Assembly (NCBI GenBank): GCA_012295275.1
Contig: CM022674.1
Location: 13,268,001-13,332,000, forward strand
From: Chrysomallon squamiferum
Lineage: Eukaryota; Animalia; Mollusca
Direction of reading: 5' to 3'
Length of the DNA: 64,000 nucleotides
Shown here: piece by piece, positions 51,501 to 63,367 of the stretch
Layout of the letters: each line of letters starts with the position of its first letter
How positions within the stretch are numbered: position 1 is the first letter of the stretch
The notes under the pieces: generated by a model
Seen by the model: only the letters and a program-made list of their open reading frames with translations
What the model was told of the DNA's origin: nothing
The model's database searches: none
Position numbers and translations under genes: made by a program

Positions 51501-52974
51501 ATGCATTGAATAAAAATGTGTGTACTATTGTGTGTGTTGAATGAAATGTTAAATTCTGCTGTAAAAACTATTTAATCCTTTATCTCTTGATGTTTGTATT
51601 AAAGAAACATTTTTTGTTCAGTGGCCAAATCCTTTATTATCTTTTTTTTTTTTTATGTGTGTGTGTTTGTCATAGTGAAAATCGTTGTGTAAAACTGAAT
51701 ATTTATGGTTTGTCAATAATACTTGTGTTATTGAAATGATAACAACTACTCTATGGTATGTGCTGCATTGCAAACGAAAATGGCAAGAATTTGGGCTGAA
51801 ATTATGCAATATCACAAGCCTTACTACCATCAATATTTGCCTCCAAATCGCACACTGCCATATTAATAATAATAATAATAATAACTGTGGTCATTTTTTT
51901 CGTGTTTTTTTTTTTTTTTTTTTTTAAATAATATATTATGTTCCATCAAGTTTTTTGAAGGAACATTTTTTTAAGACAGGTATTTTTTACATTTTGTTAT
52001 TTACACTATTTGTCCATGTTACTTCTTGTTTTGTTGAAGTTATTCAGTGGATTTTTCAAAGAGTCTATTTTGAACACTGTGTTAAAATTTTGTGTTGTAA
52101 ATATTCAATGTGTTGTTGTTGTTGTGTTAGGCACTGAAAGGGCAAATATCAAATAATTTTATAACTGATATTTTTTTCTTCTTGTTTTTAGAATTGATTT
52201 AAGGATTATTGTTATTGTTATTGGATTTTTATTATTATATTATAATTATTATCATCATTATATTACTTTTTTATTAATTATTTCTTTGAATAGTCTTTTT
52301 TATATATATATATATATTCTGTTTTGAATGTTTTGTTATTTCTTAGTGTACTATTATTATTATTATTATTTTTAATGGTTGTGGTTTTCTTCTAAAATTT
52401 AATATTTGAAAAAAAATTCTTTTATTCAGTTATATATTATTATTATTAAAATCATTATTTTTATTAGTTATATTTTATTATTATTATTATTTTTTATTAA
52501 TTATCATTTTTATTAAATATAAGATTAAATATTAAGTATTCATCAATAGATATTTCTTCAATTTATATTTAACATAGTTTAGAATGATTTTTCCCTTTTT
52601 TTTTTTTTTTTCTTTTATTTTCCATATGAAAATCAAAACACAATTTAACAAAAGAAACTAGATTGTTTAAACTGATTAAATGGCATTTAAATATAACAAA
52701 TAATTATTTTACAGAACAAATATGGCAGCATAATGCAGAGAATTCATTTTTGTTATTATCAGTTACGCGAAAAAAGGAACAGTCACATTTTCAAAAGCTG
52801 TTTTCTTTCTTTCCTTTCCTTCTGTTTTTAAGTATTATTTATTTACTTATTTTATTTTATTTTTTTTTTTTTTTTATTTTATATATTTATTTTATTTTTT
52901 TGGTTTGTTTATTTATTTTCATTTATAAATTTATTTATTTATTTCTTATGTATTATTTATTTGTTTTTATTTGT

Positions 52975-53013
<39 letters not shown>

Positions 53014-53919
53014 TTATTTATTTTATATATACATTTATTTATTTTTGTTTGTTTATTGTTTTATTTATTTATATAGATTTATTAGTAAATAAATAAATAT
53101 GTATTTTAAAATAAGCATTTGCTGACTTTTCTGTTTCAAATAAACTTACATAATTTTACTTTTCATCAATTTAGAATATAATTCAGTCTGATGGAAAGAA
53201 GTTTACTAGATGCAAAATGGAGATTGGACTTCAAAAACATAAAGAAAACAGAATATTTAGTATTCCAAAGACTTTTTTAATATAAATTTTAGATTTAATA
53301 TGTCAAAGACCTATTTAGAAGATTTTTAGATATACATTTATTGCTGTTGACTTTTAAATTTGAATTTTAAATTATTATTATTATTATTATTATTTTTTTT
53401 TTGATAAAATATACTAGTAATAATTAATATAAATGTACAGCAATTTTTAACATTTTTATTTGATGTAAATTTTGCCTTTCCTTTTTGAATCTTTTACAAA
53501 TTGTTCTAAAAATGTCGACACATTTTTGCATATTTTCTCACAGCATTATAAATTAATTGTAATTAAGTTTATTATTTCAGTATTATGTAAATATTTAAAG
53601 TGTACATTGTAAGTGTATATGGGCTTGTGTTAGTCGTTGCATAGTCTCATATCTGTGATAATGTTACTGTTATTATTTATTTATTTATTATTTGATACTA
53701 ATTTTTTATTACAAAATATTCAGTTATTGTTATTATGATTATTATTATTATTATATTATTATTACTATTATTACTATTATTATTATTATTTATTTATAAT
53801 TTATTTATATATTATTTATTTATTAGTTAATATAAATTTTTTATTACAAAATATTCACTTATGGTTATGATTATTATGATTAGTATTATTGCTCTTTATT
53901 ATTATTATTTGTTGTTGTT

Positions 53920-53950
<31 letters not shown>

Positions 53951-54924
53951 TTATAAACGTTTTGATCTTTGTTAGATGTATATATAAATGTGTTATTGGG
54001 ACTGAATGATTTTTACCTCGATTCGTTACTGTTGATTATGAAAAGTTTATCAACTTAAGACTGCGTTGTTTTAAATAGAAAAAAAAAAATGAAATTTGTT
54101 AGAAGTCTTATTTCTTGCGATGTGTGAATAAAATATTCAACATAAATTTGTTTTGTTTTTTATTTTTTCCAGTGAAATCTTTTTTTTTTTAATTTATGTA
54201 TGTGCGCGCATGCGCATATGTGTTAAAACAGTTTTATCTGTAAAGACGTTTCTGTCTACTGCTAGTAACAACAACAACAACAACAACAATAATATTATTA
54301 ATAATAATAATAATCATTTCTTATTTTTTCCATCTCACATATTCATCTATTTCTTTATTTTTTTTATTTTTATTTTTATTTTGTATCGGACAATCCCATT
54401 TTACAGTGGTTTTTTGTTTTGTTTTCATTACTGACATCTGCTTCGTTTTCCTGCTTGACTTTCCAGTAACCAGTACATTTAATCTTTTTCTGTATTATTA
54501 CACGAAATCTTCAGAATAGGATTTGAAAGAGACAGCAGTTACAGTTACAATACATTTTAAATTTTTTCTCGGTAGAAGACGTTTTTCAATGATACCATAC
54601 CGAAATATCCGGATGTTACGTAATTTGACATGACCCCATTTTCGCGAACCACTGTATCCAATTATTTTTTTTGTTGTTTTTTCAATGTTGCCGCAGTTGT
54701 GCCTTTGATGATATTACAGCGTTTTCAGTTTGATTACAATTACAACAGTACCAACGCCACAAAATAAATAAATAAATAAATAATAATAATGATGATGATG
54801 ATGATGATTAAATATATAAAAGTTGTACAGAATAATAAAAATAAGAAATTGTCTGTTTTTCTTTCTGTATAATTATGTGAAGGATGCCAACCATAACAAC
54901 AACAATAATACAAAAACAGCAACA

Positions 54925-54983
<59 letters not shown>

Positions 54984-55169
54984 CAGTGAATATTCATTAT
55001 ATAATTTTTAAAAATAAAAATGTACTCTCCATTTCAACAAGTTTAATAAAACAAAATTCTTACTGGGTTTTCTGTCAGAATTATTGTATGAATAATATTC
55101 ACTTTTATAATTTTCTTCTGCATTTAATATTAAAAAGAAAACCTCGTTTTCTAGTTAACGTATTTCAAA

Positions 55170-55297
55170 CTGTCAGTTATTTGTGTCTTTTCTCCAAGCA
55201 ACACTCAGTCGATTTACGTAACCTTGGCAACAAACGCAGATGTTTAATTCTGAAGTTTTCAGCCTGTATCTTTGTATAACCGACAGAAAAGGTAAGT
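55170..55297 (+). promoter_or_regulatory. Candidate core promoter and non-coding first exon of the NIT-GC-like gene
   Basis: Initiator-like TCAGTT (55173) and TCAGTC (55205); TTACGTAA 55214-55221 overlapping X-box GTAACCTTGGCAAC 55218-55231; strong donor AAG|GTAAGT after 55291. Confidence 0.5.
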
Positions 55298-55719
55298 TGT
55301 ATAAAATATATTTAACAGAATTTTGCTTCATTTTATCATTTCTGAGACGACAATCTTTATATTTTATCTAATTATTGATTACGTTAGTTTTCTTTTAATA
55401 ATTAATTAGGTTATTTCCCGTATTGATTTTAATTATTTTTAACTGTCGTTTATTTATAAGTAAAATATAATTAATTTCATTTTATATCTTGAATAATTTA
55501 CTTCAGTAAACCAGTAAATCTAATAAATGTTAATATCAAAATATACTGAGATAATTTTTGTAAAATAAGAGAAAAAAATCATTGATGGATAAAGAACACC
55601 AGACACAAAACATTAACTACGTACGAATGTTTTGTTTTACGTGGCACTAAAACGCTTTAAGGTACGTTTCAAAACTTCACATTTTAAATTTTATTTAAAC
55701 ATTTTTGTATTTGAAGAAA

Positions 55720-55819
55720 ATGCAATCGACACAAGGCAGGCGCCAGTCCATCTCCGTGTCCATCAAAAGCACGGAAATAATCAAAAGCATGGACCCGAAA
55801 ACACACAAAGATAAACTAC
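55720..55819 (+). CDS. NIT-GC-like coding exon 1 (MQSTQGRRQSISVSIKSTEIIKSMDPKTHKDKL-L)
   Basis: AAAATG start; the c|gtaact phase-1 donor matches the phase needed by the next exon; contains an RRxS kinase motif. Confidence 0.6.
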
Positions 55820-55885
55820 GTAACTACGTTCATTTACCGTATTTATTTGTGTATAAGTCTCACCTTTAGAATATTGTTGTTGTTG

Positions 55886-55919
<34 letters not shown>

Positions 55920-56123
55920 TACTACTACTACTACTGTTATTATTATTATTATTATTAGTAGTAGTAGTAGTAGTAGTAGTAGTATTATCATCATGATTAT
56001 TATTATTATTATTTATTATTATTATTATTATTATTACTACTACTACTACTACTGTTATTATTATTATTATTATTATTAGTAGTAGTAGTAGTAGTAGTAT
56101 TATCATCATGATTATTATTATTA

Positions 56124-56154
<31 letters not shown>

Positions 56155-56427
56155 CTACTACTACTACTACTGTTATTATTATTATTATTAGTAGTAGTAG
56201 TAGTAGTAGTAGTAGTATTATCATCATGATTATTATTATTATTATTTATTATTATTATTATTATTATTAGTAGTAGTAGTAGTAGTATTATCATCATGAT
56301 TATTATTATTATTATTTATTATTATTATTATTATTATTACTACTACTACTACTACTACTTATTATTATTATTATTATTATTAGTAGTAGTAGTAGTAGTA
56401 TTATCATCATCATCATTATTATTATTA

Positions 56428-56458
<31 letters not shown>

Positions 56459-56539
56459 CTACTACTACTACTACTGTTATTATTATTACTACTACAACTA
56501 CTACTACTACTGTTATTATTATTATTATTATTATTATCA

Positions 56540-56582
<43 letters not shown>

Positions 56583-57251
56583 TGTTATTATTATGATTAA
56601 TTATTATCATCATCATCATTATTATTAACAAAGTTAAGTATCTACTTTAAGCCCGGTTTCATAAGTGAATCAACATTACACGTATTTTCTGAAATCACCT
56701 CAAATTCTCCTATATATATATATATATACATCACTAGAATTATATTTTAAAATTACTAACGTTGGGTTTTTCTTTACTTCTACGAAACAGTTGGGTTATG
56801 TCGAAGGGAGCCACTCACACTGAGTGGGCGGCGGATTCAGAGAATCAAAATTCTGTCCTTGACCCTTCTTCCGATTGTGATTCTCTGGGGGTTCGCTGTC
56901 AACAGTTTCAAAGACTTGCTCGGCGGGAAAGAGGACGTGCAGCAGGTTAGAGGAAAACGTCTAGTGTGTGAACCGCTTTAGGAGAACGTGTTAAATTTTT
57001 TTTTTTTTTCATGAAGACAAAAACTGTATATTTTGATTTTGTGGATTAGAGAGTGAAAAGGACTGAAAGTGATAATTTAAATTTAGGAATAGAAAATTTA
57101 CTTCCATCGTTCTCTCTCTCTCTCTCTTTCTTTGTGGCTCTATGTCTATCAATCTGTCTGACTTTTATCATCTTCCTATATGTCTACCTACCTCTCTGTG
57201 TAATCCATTCATTCATCCATCCATCAATCCATTTGTCTCTCTTACTCTCTG

Positions 57252-57310
<59 letters not shown>

Positions 57311-58214
57311 GTCTGTCTGTCTGTCTTTTTTGTCTTTCTCTTTATCTGTGTTTATCTTCGTCCTATTGTCTGTCTCTATATTTCATTTGTCTCTCTTTCT
57401 TTCTGGCTTGTTCTTTGTTTTTTTTTTTACTCCGAGTTTTTCAAAATATAAACCTAACTAAGACTTCGCTATACTGTTTCAGACGCAGTACGCCGTCAAG
57501 TTCAGCGTGGACATTGGAAAACTTCTGAACAGCATCCAGCGAGAGCGCGATATGTCCATCCTGTACCTGAGCATGCTGGGCCCGGGCACGAAGACCTTCC
57601 TCATCAACGAGTACCTCCTCACCGACCAGGCGCTGGACAAACTGTCCGACTGGCCGGCCAACAGCGCCTTGGACTCGTTCTTCCACACGAAAGAATCGTT
57701 CAGGCTGTTTCTGGGCAACCACCGAAAGCTACTCAACCCGGCCGTGGCCGACATCTTCGTGGAAATGGATTTCTACAACAAGCTCATCGAGAAGTTTGTC
57801 CACTGGATGTACGGAGCCATCCGAGAGTCGAAGAAAACCTCGGTGTGGAAGATTCTCGTTTCCTACCAGAAGATCGTCATAGGAATGGAACAGCTGGGGA
57901 TCGAACGAGCCCTGGGCGTCGTCTTCTACATCAAGGGCGGCTTCCCGACGAAGAAGCTCTACGAGGACTACAACAACAACGTGAACACCTTCAAGGCGAA
58001 CTATCGCTCGGCGGCTCTCTACTCGAAGAAGGTGTACCCCATCTTCCAGAAGGCCGTGGTGTCGACGGGAAAGAATCTGACGCAGATCATTGAGAAGTTT
58101 CGCCACGAAATTCAACACAACCTGGAAACGAACTCGTCTGTTGCGAAGACGCAGTGGTGGTTTGATAACATGACCCTCTACCTGGACACTCTGCTGGTAA
58201 TGTTTCATATAATA

Positions 58215-58301
<87 letters not shown>

Positions 58302-58616
58302 CATCATCATGCAGTTGTTGTCGTTGATGTAGTCGAGTTAATGAACTAAAAATATTTCAGTAAAGATTAACTAGCAGTAATAATAATGTATTTATAGCAG
58401 TAGTTATAGTAGTTGTTATAGAAGAAGTAATGGTACTGGTAATAGTAGTTGCAGTAATAGTAGTAGCAGTATCATTAGTAACAGCAGCAGCAATAATAGA
58501 GTAATAGCAGTAGTTGCAGTAGTAGTAGTAACAGTAGTAATAGTTGCAGTAGTAGTAATAGTAGTAGAAGCAGTAAGAGAGATACAGAAAGACAGAGAGA
58601 GAAAGGGAGAGAGAGA

Positions 58617-58704
<88 letters not shown>

Positions 58705-59964
58705 AGTTAAATCATGCTGCTGTGTATTTCAGGTGGTTCAGCTAGAACTGGCTATCCTGATCGACGGACAGCTGCAGGATATCATTGAAGCTGAGACCAA
58801 CACTCTGGTAGGCTACGGCGTTGTCCTCGTCCTCGTCATCCTGATGTGTCCTGCCGTCGTGTACTGCGTGGAGATGATGACGACGAGCATTCAACACATC
58901 GCCGTCCACCTCGTTCACACCATCAAGAGTTTGATGCGCGTACGTAGTCGACATCTTGTATTTTATCAACGACATGACGTCATAGTTTTTACCACAAAGA
59001 AAAGACTATGTGTTTGATACGTATTATAAGGAAAGATACGCTTTTTAGTTTCGTTTCTTATGATTTTTTTTTAGTTTTTGCTTTGTGTATCTATTGATAT
59101 ATATATGAACGTATGTATGTATGTATATGTGTGTATGTGTGTGTGTATTTGAATATCCATATTATTTAGACGTTTCCTTTGTAAATTAAATGTTTTTATT
59201 ATACCTAATCATTTGTAGCTACATTTATATTTGAATAGATATCTATTTTCACATTACAGCAGAAATTCAGGCAGTTTTATTTTAATGTACGTTTATATCT
59301 AAATATCAACACATTAGGTAACGCATTTAGAATTTTACCAAACAAAAAAATCTGTATATTTGTATTTAAATATTCCAGGAACAACAGCGATTTACTAGCA
59401 CATTGAACTGTTTGGTTCCTCTGTCTGTGAGCAGACGACTGAGCAGAGGAACGTACGCGGAGGCGCTCAACTTTCAGTCACTCACCGTTTTATCGGCGGA
59501 AATATTCGGACTGAATCGGTTCGTGTTGAGTCGGCCGTTGTCGGAAGTCACGGAACTGCTCGACGATCTGTTTTCGTCAATGGACAAAGCTCTGCTGGCT
59601 AACGACATCGTCAAGTTTGAGGCGAACAACGACGAGTTGATGGTGGCTTCAGGTTGGTGTAGCTGTTGTTGTTGTAGAGCAATTGTCAAAACACGTCATG
59701 TAAACAACGCAGCAATAATAATGGTGATGATGATAATGATGATGATATTATTATTATCATCATCATCATCATTATTATAAAACTATTATATAAACTACTA
59801 TATAAACTACAAAGAGTGACTGCAACAATAGGAGCAGCACCAACAATAACAGTCATGATGATTAAGATGACAATAATAGTGATAATGATGTATATGATTA
59901 TGATGATGATAATTAAATATTATTGAGAATTAGCTTCAACAGATCTTTCCAACCTTGTAGCAGG

Positions 59965-60015
<51 letters not shown>

Positions 60016-60055
60016 GCTTTTGTTATTGTTACTGATGTTGTTGTTGTTGTTGTTG

Positions 60056-60105
<50 letters not shown>

Positions 60106-60537
60106 CCTACAGGATTCAACTTACGTCGTAAAGACCAATCCGCGGGAAATGTCGCTGACTTCGGCCTTGAACTTCTCCAGATGATGACGTCACAACGTTT
60201 CATGGTGTCGGATAATCAGAGGCTTCACTTTCGCATTGCCATCCATACAGGTTTGATTGATATCAGTATTTATATAATTAACACTTGCTTTTAAAGTATA
60301 TATTAGTAGAAAAAATAAATTATCTTTTAAAGTATATATATATATATCAATAGAAAGATAATTTTCGTTTTCATTTAAAAAGCATATATTAACAGTTACC
60401 ATTTTCTTTTACAATATACCTTTGGTACCTCCAAATTATTACTTTGTTCGAACTTGTCATCAACCTTTCATAATAATAAAGTAAAATAAAGTGTTGATAA
60501 AGTTTATTTTCACTTTTTTAATTTTTCATTCATTCAT

Positions 60538-60605
<68 letters not shown>

Positions 60606-61831
60606 TTACAGTTTCTGTAATAATTATAATAGTAATAACTACTTTTATATAATTTTTAGGGCCGTGTATTGGTGGAATTGTGGGTAATAATCGATTGCGA
60701 TACGGTATCTATGGCAACACCATCAACATTGTTAACAAATTACAACAATCTGGACTTCGTAAGTACAACAACAGCTACAACAACAACAACAATAATAACC
60801 AGCATGAATCTGAAAATCTTTATTGGCAACATAAAAGAAATACTGGAAACAACAACAACAACAAAAAAAAAAAAAAAACATTAAAAAAAATAAGTAATTA
60901 AATAAATAAATAAATAAATAAATTCAGAATTACTGACAGTATACTTATTACTCTCTTGTGCTCTTTCATTTATCTCTCTCAATTGTCTGTTTGTCTGTCA
61001 GTACGTCTGTCTTTCTCTTTCTTTTCACATGATTTCTTAACAAGTGCAGTGTATTTTATTTTTCAGCTGGACGAATAAATATAAGTGTGAACACTTACAA
61101 AATTCTGACGAAGATCGGAAAATGTGTTCTGAAAGATAACTCTAGTGTAAGTGTCTTTGTTAGCACGCGTTTACCTATTTATTTATTTATTTATATGTTT
61201 GTTATTTATTTGTTTATTACTTTGTTTGTTTTTGTTATTTATTTGTTTATTACTTTGTTTGTTTACTGATTTATTTATTTATTTAGGTATTAATTAATTT
61301 ATTAATTTGTTTGTTTATTTATTTACTTATTTGTTTATTTATATATTTGTTATTTATTTTTTTTGTTTCTTTGTTTGTTTACTGATTTGTTTACGTATTA
61401 ATTAATTAATTAATTAATTTATTATTTATTTATGTGTTATTTGTTTGTTTGTTTGTTTGTTTGTTTATTTGTTTATTTGTTTGTTTACTGATTTGTTTTG
61501 CTTATTAATTAATTAATTAATTAATTTATTTATTTATTTATTTATTTATTATTTATTTGCCTTTTTTTAAAATTTTTGTTTTTGTTTATTTATTTTATTT
61601 ACCCTTTCATATTTTATTTATTTCCTTACTTGCTTGCTTACTTACTTAAAACAAACGTACATAATAATATTGTTTAATATAAAATTCTTAATACGGTTAA
61701 CTTAATTTGCTCAGGATGACGATGGACTGAAATCCTATTGGTTGATAAGCTACAAAGGCAGTCGACTGTTAAACAGTCTACAACCGGAAGAAACCGAAGA
61801 CTTCGTGGACGAACTTCTGTCAAGTCCGTAA
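55720..61831 (+). CDS. NIT (nitrate/nitrite-sensing) domain receptor guanylyl cyclase-like protein with a degenerate catalytic domain; ~627-631 aa, 9 coding exons
   Basis: Exons 55720-55819, 56791-56945, 57483-58196, 58733-58939, 59379-59652, 60113-60250, 60660-60758, 61067-61146/61158 and 61715-61831 join in frame. Architecture: TM1, NIT (QRER...GIERA), TM2, signalling helix, class III cyclase fold (RIAIHTGP, GIVG, RINIS, SYWL). No kinase-homology domain. Confidence 0.88.
55873..56625. repeat. Higher-order compound microsatellite (ATT)n(ACT)n(ATT)n(AGT)n(ATC)n, period ~115-120 bp
   Basis: Marker tattatcatcatgattatt recurs near 55983, 56098, 56216 and 56286. Confidence 0.9.
56791..56945 (+). 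CDS. NIT-GC-like exon 2 with TM1 (GLCRREPLTLSGRRIQRIKILSLTLLPIVILWGFAVNSFKDLLGGKEDVQQ)
   Basis: aacag| ... cag|gttaga. Only this frame ends in phase 0 and gives a basic segment followed by a hydrophobic helix. It differs from the frame in the ORF track. Confidence 0.85.
57483..58196 (+). CDS. NIT-GC-like exon 3: NIT domain (238 codons)
   Basis: tttcag| ... ctg|gtaatg; motifs LLNSIQRERDMS and EQLGIERALG, plus WFDNMTLYLD; N-glycosylation sequons NLT, NSS, NMT. Confidence 0.92.
58733..58939 (+). CDS. NIT-GC-like exon 4: TM2 (LVGYGVVLVLVILMCPAVVYCV) and start of coiled coil
   Basis: tttcag| ... cgc|gtacgt, 69 codons. Confidence 0.88.
59379..59652 (+). CDS. NIT-GC-like exon 5: signalling helix and N-terminal half of the cyclase domain
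   Basis: ttccag| EQQRFTSTLNCLVPLSVSRRL...LTVLSAEIFGLN...IVKFEANNDELMVAS-G |gttggt. Confidence 0.88.
60113..60250 (+). CDS. NIT-GC-like exon 6 (FNLRRKDQSAGNVADFGLELL...LHFRIAIHT-G)
   Basis: ctacag| ... |gtttga, 138 nt. Confidence 0.88.
60660..60758 (+). CDS. NIT-GC-like exon 7 (PCIGGIVGNNRLRYGIYGNTINIVNKLQQSGL-P)
   Basis: ttttag| ... c|gtaagt, 99 nt; homologous to GC 'MPRYCLFGDTVNTASRMES'. Confidence 0.88.
61067..61158 (+). CDS. NIT-GC-like exon 8 (GRINISVNTYKILTKIGKCVLKDNSS[VSVF])
   Basis: tttcag| acceptor; two in-frame donors, after 61146 (gtaagt) and after 61158 (gttagc). Confidence 0.8.
61715..61831 (+). CDS. NIT-GC-like last exon (DDDGLKSYWLISYKGSRLLNSLQPEETEDFVDELLSSP*)
   Basis: ctcag| in phase 0; SYWL corresponds to GC TYWL; TAA at 61829-61831. 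Confidence 0.85.
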   Translation, partial: DDDGLKSYWLISYKGSRLLNSLQPEETEDFVDELLSSP

Positions 61832-61897
61832 TCGCAGTCAACTGAATGATTTGTCCAGAAATGTAATCCGGAGAGAGCGTATTTTTGTTGTTCTTCT

Positions 61898-62001
<104 letters not shown>

Positions 62002-62334
62002 TCTGTGTGTGTGTGTGTGTGTCTGTTGATGTATTAAATAACTGCAGTAAACATTTTAATTTCTGAATTACTATGAATATACACTGTTCATCGAAAAAGA
62101 ACTTATTATTTATTACTATTATTGTTGTTTCTGAGTTTTTTGTTATTATTAACTGTTGTTGTTGTTATTGTTATTTTGTTATTACTGTTCTTAAGAATGC
62201 TGAAATTATTATTGATATTTTTGTTCTTGACATCGCAAAGTGGGATTATTCTAATACAGGGAAAGTTAAGTGTTTTAATTAGAATTTTTTATCATTCGTT
62301 TTCTTGTGTTGATACTGAAATTTCATGTTTATTT

Positions 62335-62340
62335 AATAAA
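62335..62340 (+). terminator. Candidate polyadenylation signal of the NIT-GC-like gene
   Basis: AATAAA ~500 nt after the stop; weak evidence in such AT-rich DNA. Confidence 0.35.
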
Positions 62341-62680
62341 TAAAGGTTTTGGAAATAAATATAGCTTGTTTTATTAACAGTTATAATAACTGCAATAGTA
62401 ATAATATTTAATTAAAAATAGTTTATTTACTGTTTACTTACTTTAAAAAATAAACGGAATATCGAAAATGAAATTAAATGGAATTTATGGATAATAATAT
62501 TTAATTATAAATTTGAAGACATTTTCACAAACATCGTTCACTCTTTCAGCATGCATTTAAAAAAAAAAAAAAATTTATTTTGTTTTTTAATTCTGTTGTA
62601 TTTTAATATGTATAATTTGTTATAATTAAATATGATTGTCAGTATTATCATGTGTTGTTGTTGTTGTTGTTGTTGATTTT

Positions 62681-62730
<50 letters not shown>

Positions 62731-63050
62731 ATTCATTTATTTCCAGTAATCTTAGTATGCAATTACCTGTATTCCTTCACAAAACAGCCAAGTTCAAACC
62801 TTCTTTGTGAAAAGCAACAAGAACTTGAGTAATACTTATTAATAATAATTATTCCTGCTTTTAAAACATTCACCTGAAGAGCGACAGCTACAAAGATCAA
62901 TCCTCCACAATTCTCCCTTTTCATTTATTGTCCATCAGTGCCAGTTTCTGATGTGTCAGATTGTAAATACATAAAATAATAAAATAAATAAATAAATAAA
63001 TAAATAATTATAATAATAATAAATGATAACGATGACAACAATAACAAGAA

Positions 63051-63115
<65 letters not shown>

Positions 63116-63330
63116 CACTATTTCTTTTTAAATTTCCATCCACAGCTATCACTAATGCATGGATGTTTTCTATGATGATTTTGAAAGTAATATTTAGAAT
63201 TTTAAAATTTTAATCTACAGTAACTAATACGCAGATGAAAAGATTGAATGCTTAAAGATACCTAAACAAAATAATAATAATAATAAAAAAGGTTAAGAAA
63301 ATAAAGAAAAAAAAAAAAAAGACTAATAAG

Positions 63331-63367
<37 letters not shown>

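Noticed and set aside
56762-56950. ORF MSKGATHTEW...RGRAAG as the NIT-GC start
   Set aside because: It ends in phase 1 and would put the NIT exon out of frame. The alternative frame gives the expected TM1 and phase 0.
57483-58196. Recent bacterial horizontal transfer of the GC-rich NIT exon
   Set aside because: It is embedded in a multi-intron gene with the animal NIT-GC architecture; composition is better explained by lack of methylation or codon bias.
57441-58310. Antisense and alternate-frame ORFs over the NIT exon
   Set aside because: They are shadows of a GC3-rich coding exon with few stops; there is no independent support.
58197-58349. Poly-Tyr tail on the 280-aa NIT ORF
   Set aside because: Read-through past the donor at 58196 into an intronic (ATT)n tract.
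55720-61831. Calling the NIT-GC-like gene a pseudogene
   Set aside because: There are no stops or frameshifts over ~630 codons, and all splice sites and phases are intact.
62760-62970. Minus-strand exon-like segments with CAG|GT donors
   Set aside because: No convincing acceptor, ORF or recognisable peptide.
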